In this document: positions 45,381 through 54,947 of the stretch, piece by piece
How positions within the stretch are numbered: position 1 is the stretch's first letter
Layout: every line of letters begins with the position of its first letter
Origin: an uncultured virus (IMG/VR IMGVR_UViG_3300025030_000084)
Lineage: Duplodnaviria; Heunggongvirae; Uroviricota; Caudoviricetes
DNA: 64,000 bases
IMG/VR virus record: IMGVR_UViG_3300025030_000084
Direction: 5' to 3' (one strand)
Made by a program: the position numbers and the translations under genes
The notes under the pieces: generated by a model
The model's input: the letters and a program-made list of their open reading frames with translations, nothing else
Told to the model about the DNA's origin: nothing
The model's database searches: none

Positions 45381-45492
45381 CAATTATTTTTGACACAAAA
45401 GACACAGGTGAAAAAAACGTGTACCGAGATATTAAGATGTGGTATGGCGTAACCATGCAAACTACTATTTATTATCTCTCAAGGGTGTAATC

Positions 45493-46242
45493 ATGGCAAG
45501 AACGACGATATTTCAAACGAAACGCGGGCCTAAGATAGTCACGGAAAAAGAGAAGGACGCCCCTGTCAGGCACCAAAGGGCTGTTGCGACATCTTCGCAC
45601 GGGCGTAGGGGACAACCCCCTGTATATGACGCCGAACGGTTCCCTTACATTGCCGGTGTACTGTGCAAGGAACGAGGCTTTACCAGTGAGGAATTGGCGC
45701 GGGTCTTCGGCGTGTCTAAAAAGACGGTCGATTATTGGATGATAACCCATGACGATTTCAAGAATGCCGTTAGGCAGGGGCGCTTTGCTTTCGACACTTC
45801 TAACGTAGAACAAGCCCTGTTGAAACGAGCCTTGGGTTACACCTACGAGGAACGCACCACTAAATCAATATACCTGCGCGAGAAGAACGACGCCGGGAAA
45901 GTAGTCAAGATCCCCGCCAAAGAGGTTTCCGTGGTAGTCAAGGAAATCCCGCCTGATGTTAAGGCGTGCACCTTCTGGCTCACCAATAGGCAACCGGACG
46001 ACTGGAAAATGACTATCAATGTGAAGGGTGAACATGTTATGACGAATAACAATAACAACCTTCAGATTGCCGTTACTGCCGATTTGGAGCACATGGACGA
46101 ACAGCAGTTGATGGCACTTCGGGAAATGGTAGCTCAGAACCAAGAACGGACAGGCAACGCGCCCAAGACCATCGAAATGACCCCGATCCACGATTTGCTG
46201 GAACGTGCAGATAAGATGTATATCCCGGACGGTATTGAATGA
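45493..46242 (+). CDS. terS: Terminase small subunit
   Basis: HTH (ELARVFGVSKKTV..W), ALLKRALGY.YEE, PPDVKACTFWLTNR; directly upstream of TerL. Confidence 0.8.
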   Translation: MARTTIFQTKRGPKIVTEKEKDAPVRHQRAVATSSHGRRGQPPVYDAERFPYIAGVLCKERGFTSEELARVFGVSKKTVDYWMITHDDFKNAVRQGRFAFDTSNVEQALLKRALGYTYEERTTKSIYLREKNDAGKVVKIPAKEVSVVVKEIPPDVKACTFWLTNRQPDDWKMTINVKGEHVMTNNNNNLQIAVTADLEHMDEQQLMALREMVAQNQERTGNAPKTIEMTPIHDLLERADKMYIPDGIE

Positions 46243-47828
46243 GAACAACAGGCTATAAGCAACAGCGAACCAATACACCGCCTGCCGTGGACATGGCGAT
46301 TGCCCGCAGGCTCTTAAATACGTCTCCAGAGACGATTGACAAGATGCTTGCGGAAAAGCGCCTTGTTCACTTTCTAAAGCAGGTATGGCCTAGTATTGAC
46401 CCCCATACATACACTCACGGCTGGCACATAGACTGCATTTGCGATCACCTTGAGGCGGTTATGTCAGGGGAGATCAAGCGCCTTTCCATTAACGTCCCTC
46501 CCCGCCATTGTAAGTCGATTTTGATAGCGGTTGCTTTTCCTGCGTGGGCGTGGCTAAAGAAACCTTCGCTTCAATTTCTCTTTTCCTCTTATGCGCACTC
46601 ACTCTCTATTCGTGACGGTGTTAAATGTCGCCGTGTTATCGAAAGCCCTTTGTATCAGTCTCGTTGGGGTAATTCGGTTAAGCTGACTTCCGACCAGAAC
46701 ACGAAAGTTCGTTTCGATAACGATAAAGGCGGCTACCGTATTTGTACCTCCGTTGACGGCATGACCACTGGCGAAGGTGGCGACATTATTGTTATCGATG
46801 ATGCCAACAACGTAAGGGAAGCCGAATCGGAAGCAACCAGAACAGCGACAAACAACTGGTATGACGAAGTTATGCAGTCTCGTTTCAACGATCCCAAGAC
46901 CGGGGCGCTGGTAACGATTCAGCAGAGAACGCACCATTTGGATCTTTCCGGTCATATAATTCGCAAATACGGTAATGAATATACATATCTAATTCTTCCG
47001 GCTGAATATGAGATTGATAGTAAACGTAAAATGAGTTTGAAAACTTTTCACGGTTGGACGGACCCCCGGAAAGAAGAGGGGGATCTACTTTGGCCGGAAC
47101 AGTTTGGACGTGCGGAACTAGACATTTTGAAGAATGCGTTAGGCGCGTATGCTTCGGCGGGTCAACTCCAGCAAAGACCATCTCCCCGCGAAGGTGGATT
47201 AATCCCCCTGAACATGTTTCAGCGGTACAAAACACCTCCCGCAAGAGAAACTTGGAAACGCATTTCATTGGTATTTGATACTGCCTCCAAAGAGAATGAA
47301 CTGAATGACTATTCAGTGTGTGAGGTATGGGTTGAAACAGCAAGGGGTTTCTTTCTCCTGTATCTTTGGCGTAAGCGGTGCGCTTTCCCCGAACTCAAAC
47401 GCGCAGCTAGATCGTTATGCGAAGAATGGCGTCCTCATGAGGTATTGATAGAAGATAAATCTTCCGGCATTGCCTTGATTGCCTGCCTCAAGGAAGAAAC
47501 GAAATTCAATGTTATTGGTATTGATCCGGGCGCATTCAGTAAGACAATTCGGATGGAAAATGAATCGGTAGCTATCGAATCTGGTTCTGTGTGGATTCCT
47601 GAACATGCCGGGGTGGAAGTCGAAATCAATCAGACCACTAAGAAAGCGTTGTGGTTGTCTGACTTCGAGGAAGAATGCATGTGTTTTCCTATGGGAGAAC
47701 ATGACGATACTATCGACCCCATGAGTATGTATTTGAAACGTGTCAGGGAAAGACGCCAGCGTGGGCCAACTGTCGTTGCTCCGCATTTTGGTGATATGAC
47801 TAAGACTAATCTATTTGGCAGCGTTTAA
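46239..47828 (+). CDS. terL: Terminase large subunit
   Basis: INVPPRHCKS, IIVIDD, LQQRP, DTASK...DYSV, IEDKSSG, HDDTID. Confidence 0.95.
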   Translation: MRTTGYKQQRTNTPPAVDMAIARRLLNTSPETIDKMLAEKRLVHFLKQVWPSIDPHTYTHGWHIDCICDHLEAVMSGEIKRLSINVPPRHCKSILIAVAFPAWAWLKKPSLQFLFSSYAHSLSIRDGVKCRRVIESPLYQSRWGNSVKLTSDQNTKVRFDNDKGGYRICTSVDGMTTGEGGDIIVIDDANNVREAESEATRTATNNWYDEVMQSRFNDPKTGALVTIQQRTHHLDLSGHIIRKYGNEYTYLILPAEYEIDSKRKMSLKTFHGWTDPRKEEGDLLWPEQFGRAELDILKNALGAYASAGQLQQRPSPREGGLIPLNMFQRYKTPPARETWKRISLVFDTASKENELNDYSVCEVWVETARGFFLLYLWRKRCAFPELKRAARSLCEEWRPHEVLIEDKSSGIALIACLKEETKFNVIGIDPGAFSKTIRMENESVAIESGSVWIPEHAGVEVEINQTTKKALWLSDFEEECMCFPMGEHDDTIDPMSMYLKRVRERRQRGPTVVAPHFGDMTKTNLFGSV

Positions 47829-47848
47829 ATAAAAGGAGTGATCAAACT

Positions 47849-49267
47849 ATGGCACGTACCACTAAACCGACATTGAGTAAAAGCACAAGCCTGTCTGAGA
47901 TAGGCACAACCGGATTACGTGCTTTTGGCGGGCAGATCAGCGAAGAGTTTTTGAAACAGCTTGCGGGCCTGAAAGGTATCAAGGTCTATGTCGAAATGCG
48001 AGACAACGATCCTACTATTGGGGCAATACTCTTTATCATCGAAAAGCTGTTGCGTAACGTCAAATGGAAGGTAGAAGAGGCAAGCAAAGACGCCGCAGCG
48101 CAGGACGCCGCCGATTTCCTGAAAGAGTGCATGGGGGACATGGAGCATTCGTGGGAAGATATGATATCAGAAATCACGTCCATGCTCACGTTTGGTTTTG
48201 CTCCGCTGGAAAAGGTTTACAAAGTCAGGGCGGGTCTGCAATCCAATAAGAGCTATCGTAGCAAGTTCACGGACGGTAGGGTAGGATGGCGCAAGCTTCC
48301 GTTACGCGCACAAGAAACCCTTTGGTCGTGGGAATTTGATGAATCCGGGGACGTGGTAAAGCTTATACAACTTCCTTCCTTGGGGCAGAGGCGCGAAATT
48401 CCCATGAGCAAAATCCTTCTGTTCCGTACACAGTCATATAAGAACAATCCACAAGGTAGATCCATTCTCAGAAATGCCTATCGTTCTTGGTTATTTAAAA
48501 AACGTATTGAGGAGATTGAAGGGATAGGCATTGAGCGGGACTTGGCCGGTTTGGTCGTGGTCAAGGTTCCCGCCAATCTTCTGTCAAAGGACGCATCTGA
48601 TGATGAAAAGGCAACCCTTGCTGCATTGAAGAACCTTGCACAGAACATACGCCGGGACGAGCAGGAGGGTGTTGTGTTCCCCCTTGTCTATGACACGGAT
48701 GGTAATGAAATGTATAAACTGGAACTGCTTTCCACTGGCGGGAGTAGGCAGTTCGATACATCACAAATTGTAGACCGTTATGATAAGCGCATCGCCATGA
48801 CGGTTGTTGCTGATTTCATTTTCTTGGGTCAAAGCAAGGTCGGGAGCTTTGCGTTATCGTCGGACAAAACCGATATGTTTTCTGCAAGCCTTGGCGCATG
48901 GCTTAATGGTATTGCTTCTGTGTTCAACATGGACGCTATACCGGAACTCATGACTGTTAACAATATCGCGCCTGAACATTGGCCCAAGCTTGTTGCCGGG
49001 GATCTTGAGAAACCGGACGTTGCCAAGTTTGTTGACGCTTTGTATAAGCTTGTTGGTGTTGGGGCGCTGTTGCCGGACGAATCGGTTGATACTAAGATAC
49101 GTGAACTTCTGGACATGCCGAAACTGATTTCCGATGGCAATGAGATAGTCCCTATGGATTTTATCGAACAGAAGCTAGAAAACGAGAAAGCCCCGGCGAA
49201 CGGCGATATAAAGAATCCGGCAAGTGGAAAGAAGAAAAACACAACTGGTATCGGTGCGGTGAAATAG
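47849..49267 (+). CDS. Portal protein (DUF935-like)
   Basis: EIGTTG, GFAPLE.VY, NP.GRSILR.AY, IERDLAG, GSFALS. Confidence 0.88.
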   Translation: MARTTKPTLSKSTSLSEIGTTGLRAFGGQISEEFLKQLAGLKGIKVYVEMRDNDPTIGAILFIIEKLLRNVKWKVEEASKDAAAQDAADFLKECMGDMEHSWEDMISEITSMLTFGFAPLEKVYKVRAGLQSNKSYRSKFTDGRVGWRKLPLRAQETLWSWEFDESGDVVKLIQLPSLGQRREIPMSKILLFRTQSYKNNPQGRSILRNAYRSWLFKKRIEEIEGIGIERDLAGLVVVKVPANLLSKDASDDEKATLAALKNLAQNIRRDEQEGVVFPLVYDTDGNEMYKLELLSTGGSRQFDTSQIVDRYDKRIAMTVVADFIFLGQSKVGSFALSSDKTDMFSASLGAWLNGIASVFNMDAIPELMTVNNIAPEHWPKLVAGDLEKPDVAKFVDALYKLVGVGALLPDESVDTKIRELLDMPKLISDGNEIVPMDFIEQKLENEKAPANGDIKNPASGKKKNTTGIGAVK

Positions 49268-50278
49268 ATGGCAGAGGATACTGAAGAAAAAGCACTGGCT
49301 ATTCTTGTAGCGGCTGATAGTCAAGTCTCCAAGATGAAAGCAGCCTTTGTGCAGGCGGTCAACGAACTCAGGTCCAATCTAGTCGATACTGAGTCGTTGG
49401 CCGCAGCACTGGCAAACGGGGATATTGATGGTGCTATCGCCGCAACTCACGTTGACGATCTAAAGGATCTTCTTTTCGGTATAGGGCTAGGCCCGAACCA
49501 CTACATACTGAATGATCTTTCTATAGCCGCCTTTGGTATCGGGGCGGCTGTTGCATTGAAAAATCTCCCGCTGGAATTACAGACTGCGCTTATTTTTGAT
49601 TCTCTGAATGATAGGGCTATACGGTTCATGAGAAGTGAGGGCGCAAAAATGGTGCAGGAAATCACAGATGCGACCAAGGCAGGGGTAAGGGCTACCATAG
49701 CCCGCTCCTTGGCCGACAATGTACCTCCTGCGCGGCAGATTTACGAAATACGTCAATTGGTAGGGCTTACCGGAACACAGGCGCAAGCGGTAATGAATTT
49801 CCGCAGGCAGTTAGAGACACGGCAGACGTTAGGACTCACGGCACCGGGGGACCGGCGCTTGAGTGCTGTTGAACAGGCTATGGTGAATCGTCACATGAAG
49901 ACGGGCTATCTGACAGACGCGCAGATTGACGCTCTTGTGGACCGTTACTATGTTTCCTTGGTGAACAAACGCGCACTTGATATTGCCAGAACTGAATCTC
50001 TGAACGCGGTGAACAACGGTCAGTTGGAAATGTGGATGCAGGCGCGAGACGCTGGTTATCTGGACGATGATGTTGATCGCATGTTCTGGCTTACCGCAGG
50101 GGACGCCAGAGTAAGGCCGACCCATACACCAATACCCGCACTAAATCCCAACGGCGTTAAGATAGGTGGTTATTTTGTTACTCCGCACGGTTTAGTTACG
50201 GGGCCGGGGACAAGAAACCCAGGATTCATACGATGCAGGTGTTGCTTAGTCTTATCAGACATAAACAATCCACTCTAA
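49268..50278 (+). CDS. Head morphogenesis protein (Mu gpF/SPP1 gp7-like)
   Basis: IARTES, WLTAGDARVRPTH, RCRC. Confidence 0.85.
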   Translation: MAEDTEEKALAILVAADSQVSKMKAAFVQAVNELRSNLVDTESLAAALANGDIDGAIAATHVDDLKDLLFGIGLGPNHYILNDLSIAAFGIGAAVALKNLPLELQTALIFDSLNDRAIRFMRSEGAKMVQEITDATKAGVRATIARSLADNVPPARQIYEIRQLVGLTGTQAQAVMNFRRQLETRQTLGLTAPGDRRLSAVEQAMVNRHMKTGYLTDAQIDALVDRYYVSLVNKRALDIARTESLNAVNNGQLEMWMQARDAGYLDDDVDRMFWLTAGDARVRPTHTPIPALNPNGVKIGGYFVTPHGLVTGPGTRNPGFIRCRCCLVLSDINNPL

Positions 50279-50375
50279 GTTTAAAATTATTACGGCTACT
50301 TTTAGCGGGGGAAAAGCTGGCACCTTACCAGTCTGCCGTAATATAACATAAGGACTATCTAAAGGAGATAGGGCA

Positions 50376-51119
50376 ATGATTGAGAAAACAGTTTCCATTT
50401 ACGCGTTAGTTGATCCGAGGGACGGTAGGGTTAGGTATGTAGGTAAAACTGAAAAAACAATAGAACATAGACTTAAACAGCATTTGAATAACAGAAAAGA
50501 TAAGACGCATAAGCAAAATTGGTTTGATTCGTTGTTTGCTTTGGGACTTAAACCCAGTATCGTTCTGATTGAAAAGGTATCAAAAAGAAATTGGGAAAGG
50601 AATGAACGTTATTGGATTAAATACTATAACGATAGGGGTTTCGCTTTAACCAATAGCACACCCGGAGGCGGAGATATACCAATCACAGATGAAATTCGTA
50701 AAAAGATGTCAGAATCAGCAAAGAAGAAAATTTTTACTGAAGAGCATCGGCGTAATATGGGTAATGCTCGTAGAGGTAGAACGCATACAGAAGAAGCAAA
50801 AAGGAAAATGCGGGAATCAAAACTCGGAGATAAGAACCCAAGACGGCAAAAAGTATTTACCGAGGAAGAATGTAAGAAGATGTCGGAAATGTCAAAGCGG
50901 CGGGTATTTACAGAAGAATATCGCCGCAACCTTTCCATTGCTGGTAAAGGGCGTGTAGTAAGTGAAGAGACTAAGCGGAAGTTATCAGAATCGAAGAAAG
51001 GTAAACCGTCGGGGACAAAAGGACGGGCTTTTTCTGAAGAGCATCGAAATAAAATAGCTGCCGCAGCAAAACTGCGCACACGACAGTGTGGACCGGACGG
51101 TAGATTCTTATCAAAATAG
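50376..51119 (+). CDS. GIY-YIG homing endonuclease with NUMOD3 repeats
   Basis: SIYAL.DPR...YVGKT..RL.QH, ERYWI, LTN; several TEEHRRNM-type repeats. Confidence 0.9.
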   Translation: MIEKTVSIYALVDPRDGRVRYVGKTEKTIEHRLKQHLNNRKDKTHKQNWFDSLFALGLKPSIVLIEKVSKRNWERNERYWIKYYNDRGFALTNSTPGGGDIPITDEIRKKMSESAKKKIFTEEHRRNMGNARRGRTHTEEAKRKMRESKLGDKNPRRQKVFTEEECKKMSEMSKRRVFTEEYRRNLSIAGKGRVVSEETKRKLSESKKGKPSGTKGRAFSEEHRNKIAAAAKLRTRQCGPDGRFLSK

Positions 51120-51232
51120 GTCAGGTTGGTGATGTGTTTCACTGAGTTGGCACAGAAGACAGAAACGAAAAACAGGTATACTTGTAATTTTGGATAGTGT
51201 AAGGGCTTAAACAACATTAAGGGGGATAGCAA

Positions 51233-51646
51233 ATGGCAGACGATTCGATAGTTTTTAAGGGGGAACTGAAGAAGGTTGACCCCGTACATAAGATTGCTTA
51301 CGGCTGGGCTTATGTATCAAAAAAAGGCGAATCCGTTGTTGAAGACCATTCGGGCGATATGTGGCCCATCGAAGAAGTGGAAAAAACGGCTCATGATTTC
51401 ATTTCCTGTAGGGTTGGGGGTGAAAGCCACGAAAGCACGGGCGGGGCCGAATTGGTTGCGTCAATCGTTTTCGACAAAGCCGTGCAGGACGCCCTCGGAA
51501 TAGATATCAAAAAGGACGGTGAATCGGTGGAGGGGTGGTTTGTGGGTTTCAGAATCACCGACCCTGAATTGCTTGAGAAAGTACAAAAGGGAGAGCTTTC
51601 AATGTTTTCTATCGGTGGGACTGGAACAAGGGAGGAAATCAAATAA
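51233..51646 (+). CDS. Prohead protease, XkdF-like
   Basis: YGWA, DHSGD, GESH, GWFVG, MFSIGG. Confidence 0.8.
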   Translation: MADDSIVFKGELKKVDPVHKIAYGWAYVSKKGESVVEDHSGDMWPIEEVEKTAHDFISCRVGGESHESTGGAELVASIVFDKAVQDALGIDIKKDGESVEGWFVGFRITDPELLEKVQKGELSMFSIGGTGTREEIK

Positions 51647-52675
51647 ATGGCACGGACAACCGGACCTACGCACAAGCTGAAAGACGTAAAGCTGAACGAA
51701 ATTTCCTTTGTGGGCAAGGGCGATAACCCCGAAGCCCACGTACTGCTCCTGAAGCGCAAGCCGAATACCAAGCAATCCATTACCAAGCTCGGCAAGGAAT
51801 ACACCGGCACGGGCGAACAGGTTGTTGCACTGGCAAAGTGGCTTGAGGGTGCAAAAGAAATCCTCAAAGACGCGGCGACCTTCCAGCAGTTGATTGACAA
51901 CAAGGATATCAAAGATAAGGTGTGGGGGATGGTCTACACCCTTGAGGATTCCATTTACTCCATCATGAATGACGGCGAGTGTACCGACAAAGCAGCAATG
52001 ATCCAACAGAGCGTGGACGAATTCAAAAACGTGATAACCACACTAACCAAGGAGGCAACAGACATGCCGGAAAAAGTAGTCAAGGAACTGGAAGCAAAGG
52101 TAACGGGTCTGGAAAAAGAGAAAGTAGATCTTCAGGCCGAAATCGCAACCCTCAAGACCGCACCGAAGACCGGGGATAAATGCCCCACTTGCGGCGTCAC
52201 CAAGGAAGCCCCGAAGGACGAGATCGACAAGTCGGCCCTGCCGGAAGCGGTACGGAAACGGCTGGAAGATCAGGATGCGGAGATCGAGAAGAACCGCAAG
52301 GAAACCGAAGTTCTGAAGGAAGCCGAACTTACCCGCGAGTACATCGGCAAGGCCGCAGAAATCGGCGCTGTCGGCAAGGTGGACGAAGTAGGCGACCTGC
52401 TGAAGTCCGTTGCCAAGGTAAGCAAAGAACTTGCCGGTAAGGTGTTCGATGTGCTGAAAGCCGCCGATGCTCGTATCAAGACCGGGGGGCTGTTCAAGGA
52501 AATCGGCACCGATGCAGGCGGGGACGCAACCGCATCCGCTTCCGAGAAGATCACGCAGAAAGCCGCCGAACTGCGCAAAACCTGCCCCGAACTGACCAAA
52601 GAGCAGGCGTGGACCAAGGTTTACGACACCGACGCGGACCTGCGCAAAGAGTACATCGCAGAGCGCAAACGCTAA
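51647..52675 (+). CDS. Scaffold protein with protease-like N-terminal segment
   Basis: LNEISFVGKGDNPEA, then coiled coil; internal RBS and ATG at 52064. Confidence 0.75.
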   Translation: MARTTGPTHKLKDVKLNEISFVGKGDNPEAHVLLLKRKPNTKQSITKLGKEYTGTGEQVVALAKWLEGAKEILKDAATFQQLIDNKDIKDKVWGMVYTLEDSIYSIMNDGECTDKAAMIQQSVDEFKNVITTLTKEATDMPEKVVKELEAKVTGLEKEKVDLQAEIATLKTAPKTGDKCPTCGVTKEAPKDEIDKSALPEAVRKRLEDQDAEIEKNRKETEVLKEAELTREYIGKAAEIGAVGKVDEVGDLLKSVAKVSKELAGKVFDVLKAADARIKTGGLFKEIGTDAGGDATASASEKITQKAAELRKTCPELTKEQAWTKVYDTDADLRKEYIAERKR

Positions 52676-52708
52676 TCCCATACCACTTTCAAGGAGGACA
52701 TACCACAA

Positions 52709-53092
52709 ATGGCTATCGAACAACCCTGTTTCGCAATCGGTTTCATGGAAGCAGCCGCCGACCTTTCGGCCAAACAGTTCCACTGCGTGAAGGTCACGGC
52801 AGATAAGAAGTTCAACATCGCCACCGCAGCGGGGGAGAAGATCCTCGGCGTTCTTCAGGACAAACCCAAGCAGGACGTTCCCGGTAACATCATGCTTTCC
52901 GGCGTTACCAAGATCCTTGTTGGGACCGGCGACCTCGCCGCAGGCGCAACGTGGGAAACCGCAGCGGACGGCACGGGCATTACCTGTACCGCAGCTAAGG
53001 CCGGTCTTGGCACCGTGCTTATCGGCGCTGCTGCCGGGGAACTCGCAACCGTAACCATCGGCTACGCAACCGGCGCAACCATCGCCGCATAA
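52709..53092 (+). CDS. Capsid decoration/cement protein
   Basis: AAADLS, LGVLQDKP, AAAGELATV; between scaffold and MCP. Confidence 0.7.
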   Translation: MAIEQPCFAIGFMEAAADLSAKQFHCVKVTADKKFNIATAAGEKILGVLQDKPKQDVPGNIMLSGVTKILVGTGDLAAGATWETAADGTGITCTAAKAGLGTVLIGAAAGELATVTIGYATGATIAA

Positions 53093-53124
53093 TTTTCCAA
53101 AAATAACGTAAGGAGGATTCAAAC

Positions 53125-54087
53125 ATGCCGCAACCCAGCGTATCCGATGTCCATATTGACGTAGCCCTCACTAACATCAGTGTGGCTTACGTTCAGGACG
53201 CAAGCAACTTCATTGCCGACAAGGTGTTCCCCATCGTGCCGGTAGGGAAGCAGAGCAACAAATACTGGAAGTACGAAAAGGGCGCATTCTTCCGCGACGA
53301 AGCCCGTAAACGTGCTCCCGGCACCGAGTCCGCAGGCTCCGGGTACAAGCTCGGCAACGACTCGTACTACTGCGACCCGTGGGCGTTCCACAAGGACGTG
53401 GACGATAACACCGTGGCAAACTCGGATGACGGCATCGACCCGTTCCGTGACGCCGCCGTGTTCTGCCAGAACAGCCTGCTTATCAGGCGCGAACGTCTCT
53501 TCATGGACACCTACATGAAGACCGGCGTTTGGGCTACCGATGTGGTAGGCAACACCAACTTCGCCTATTGGGACGATGAAGCCGCATCCGACCCCGCAAA
53601 TGACATCAAGGATGCCCGACTCAAGATCCTCCAGAGCACCGGCTACCGCCCTAATACCCTTGTCGTGGATATCTACACCCACGAAGCCCTGAAAAAGCAT
53701 CCGCTGGTTCTCGCCAAGTTTGCTTTCAGCGGCAAGATGTCCGTGACCCGCGAAATGCTGGCCGCGTACTTTGAGGTAGACCGCTATCTCGTTTCCGAGT
53801 CGGTGTATACCGCATCGGACGAAACGGTAGCAGCTCCCGTCATGAGCATGATCGCACCGAAAAGCGCCCTGCTGTGCTACTCGCACCCCTCGCCCTCCCT
53901 CATGCAGCCGACCGCCGGTTACATCTTCTCGTGGGCTGGCCTGACCGGCCTGAACAACGCAGGTATCCGCACCAAGCGTTTCCGCATGGAGCATCTGGAA
54001 TCGGAGCGCGTGGAAAACTCGATGGCTTTCGACATGAAGATGGTTGCCGCTGATATGGGCTACTACTTCAGCGGGACCGTCTCCTAA
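53125..54087 (+). CDS. Major capsid protein
   Basis: VHIDVALTNISVAY.Q...FIADKVFP.VPV; 320 aa; strong RBS and codon bias. Confidence 0.9.
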   Translation: MPQPSVSDVHIDVALTNISVAYVQDASNFIADKVFPIVPVGKQSNKYWKYEKGAFFRDEARKRAPGTESAGSGYKLGNDSYYCDPWAFHKDVDDNTVANSDDGIDPFRDAAVFCQNSLLIRRERLFMDTYMKTGVWATDVVGNTNFAYWDDEAASDPANDIKDARLKILQSTGYRPNTLVVDIYTHEALKKHPLVLAKFAFSGKMSVTREMLAAYFEVDRYLVSESVYTASDETVAAPVMSMIAPKSALLCYSHPSPSLMQPTAGYIFSWAGLTGLNNAGIRTKRFRMEHLESERVENSMAFDMKMVAADMGYYFSGTVS

Positions 54088-54112
54088 TCCAATAACGGGG
54101 AGGTAGCAACAC

Positions 54113-54421
54113 ATGGCTAGTTGTGGTGAATATGGTGGGCGTGTTTTGCGACCTTTTAAGGGCTTCGGGGTAGCGTTCATACAGGGCGCTACCCTTACCC
54201 CGGAGACGGTCAAAAACTGGCCCCTTGCGAACAAAAGGGCGCTTCACGAAAACGGTACTGTTGAATGGTACGGCCCCCCGAGTGAAGCGGAGGCAGAAGT
54301 AAGAGAGGCAGGGAAAGAAAACAAGGCGAAAGGCACATCACGCAGATCGGCCCCGGCAGAGAAACCGGCAGAAAAGACTTCGGCCCCGGCGAAAGCCGCA
54401 CCGAGAAGGAGGACAAGGTAA
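54113..54421 (+). CDS. Hypothetical protein
   Basis: GGAGG RBS; ends APRRRTR. Confidence 0.65.
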   Translation: MASCGEYGGRVLRPFKGFGVAFIQGATLTPETVKNWPLANKRALHENGTVEWYGPPSEAEAEVREAGKENKAKGTSRRSAPAEKPAEKTSAPAKAAPRRRTR

Positions 54422-54895
54422 ATGGCTCTCACCGCAAAGAAAACCGGATTCGTCAACAAACGTTCCAACGGTTGCCAAATCTTCGCTGATATCAACGTCA
54501 ACGGACGGAATGTTCCGTCTTCGCTGACTTTTGCTATCGCGCAGAATACAACCCAATACGGAACGGAGATTGAGGTTTCCGTTTGCAACAGCGCCGGTCA
54601 TGTGATCCCCGGCCCCCACGTTCTGGACGTGTGGCTTTCGGACGCAGCGGACGGCATCGGTGTAACCGGCACTGACCCCGCAGGTAACATCACCGCGAAA
54701 GCAAACTCCGGCGTAGTTCTCGGCATCATGGCAACTAAAAAGGCGTTCCGTGTGGTCACGGCAGCAACCGGCAAGTTCACTCTTCAGATCATTGACGATG
54801 TAACCCCGGTCCTGCTCTACATGGCGGCAAGCCTGCCTAGCTTCGGCTGTATGGCTGTTTCCCGCAAGACGGTAGCGGGCGATTACAAACCGTAA
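54422..54895 (+). CDS. Hypothetical virion protein
   Basis: Beta-rich, located in the head operon. Confidence 0.6.
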   Translation: MALTAKKTGFVNKRSNGCQIFADINVNGRNVPSSLTFAIAQNTTQYGTEIEVSVCNSAGHVIPGPHVLDVWLSDAADGIGVTGTDPAGNITAKANSGVVLGIMATKKAFRVVTAATGKFTLQIIDDVTPVLLYMAASLPSFGCMAVSRKTVAGDYKP

Positions 54896-54947
54896 CCAAG
54901 GACAGGGGCAGGGTGTTTAACCGCATCCTGCCCCAAAGGATTATCAA

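Noticed and set aside
45390..45420. TTGACA as the -35 of a rightward late promoter
   Set aside because: No acceptable -10 hexamer at 16-18 bp spacing.
52043..54234. Long antisense ORFs (52043-53122, 53119-54234 and similar ones opposite SSB, 22765 and the TMP)
   Set aside because: Shadows of strongly codon-biased sense genes; no RBS or recognisable motifs.
49265..54424. Stop-codon reassignment or read-through at abutting in-frame genes (49267/49268, 51646/51647, 54421/54422)
   Set aside because: All three stop codons terminate well-recognised genes elsewhere, and each downstream gene has its own ATG and purine-rich upstream sequence.
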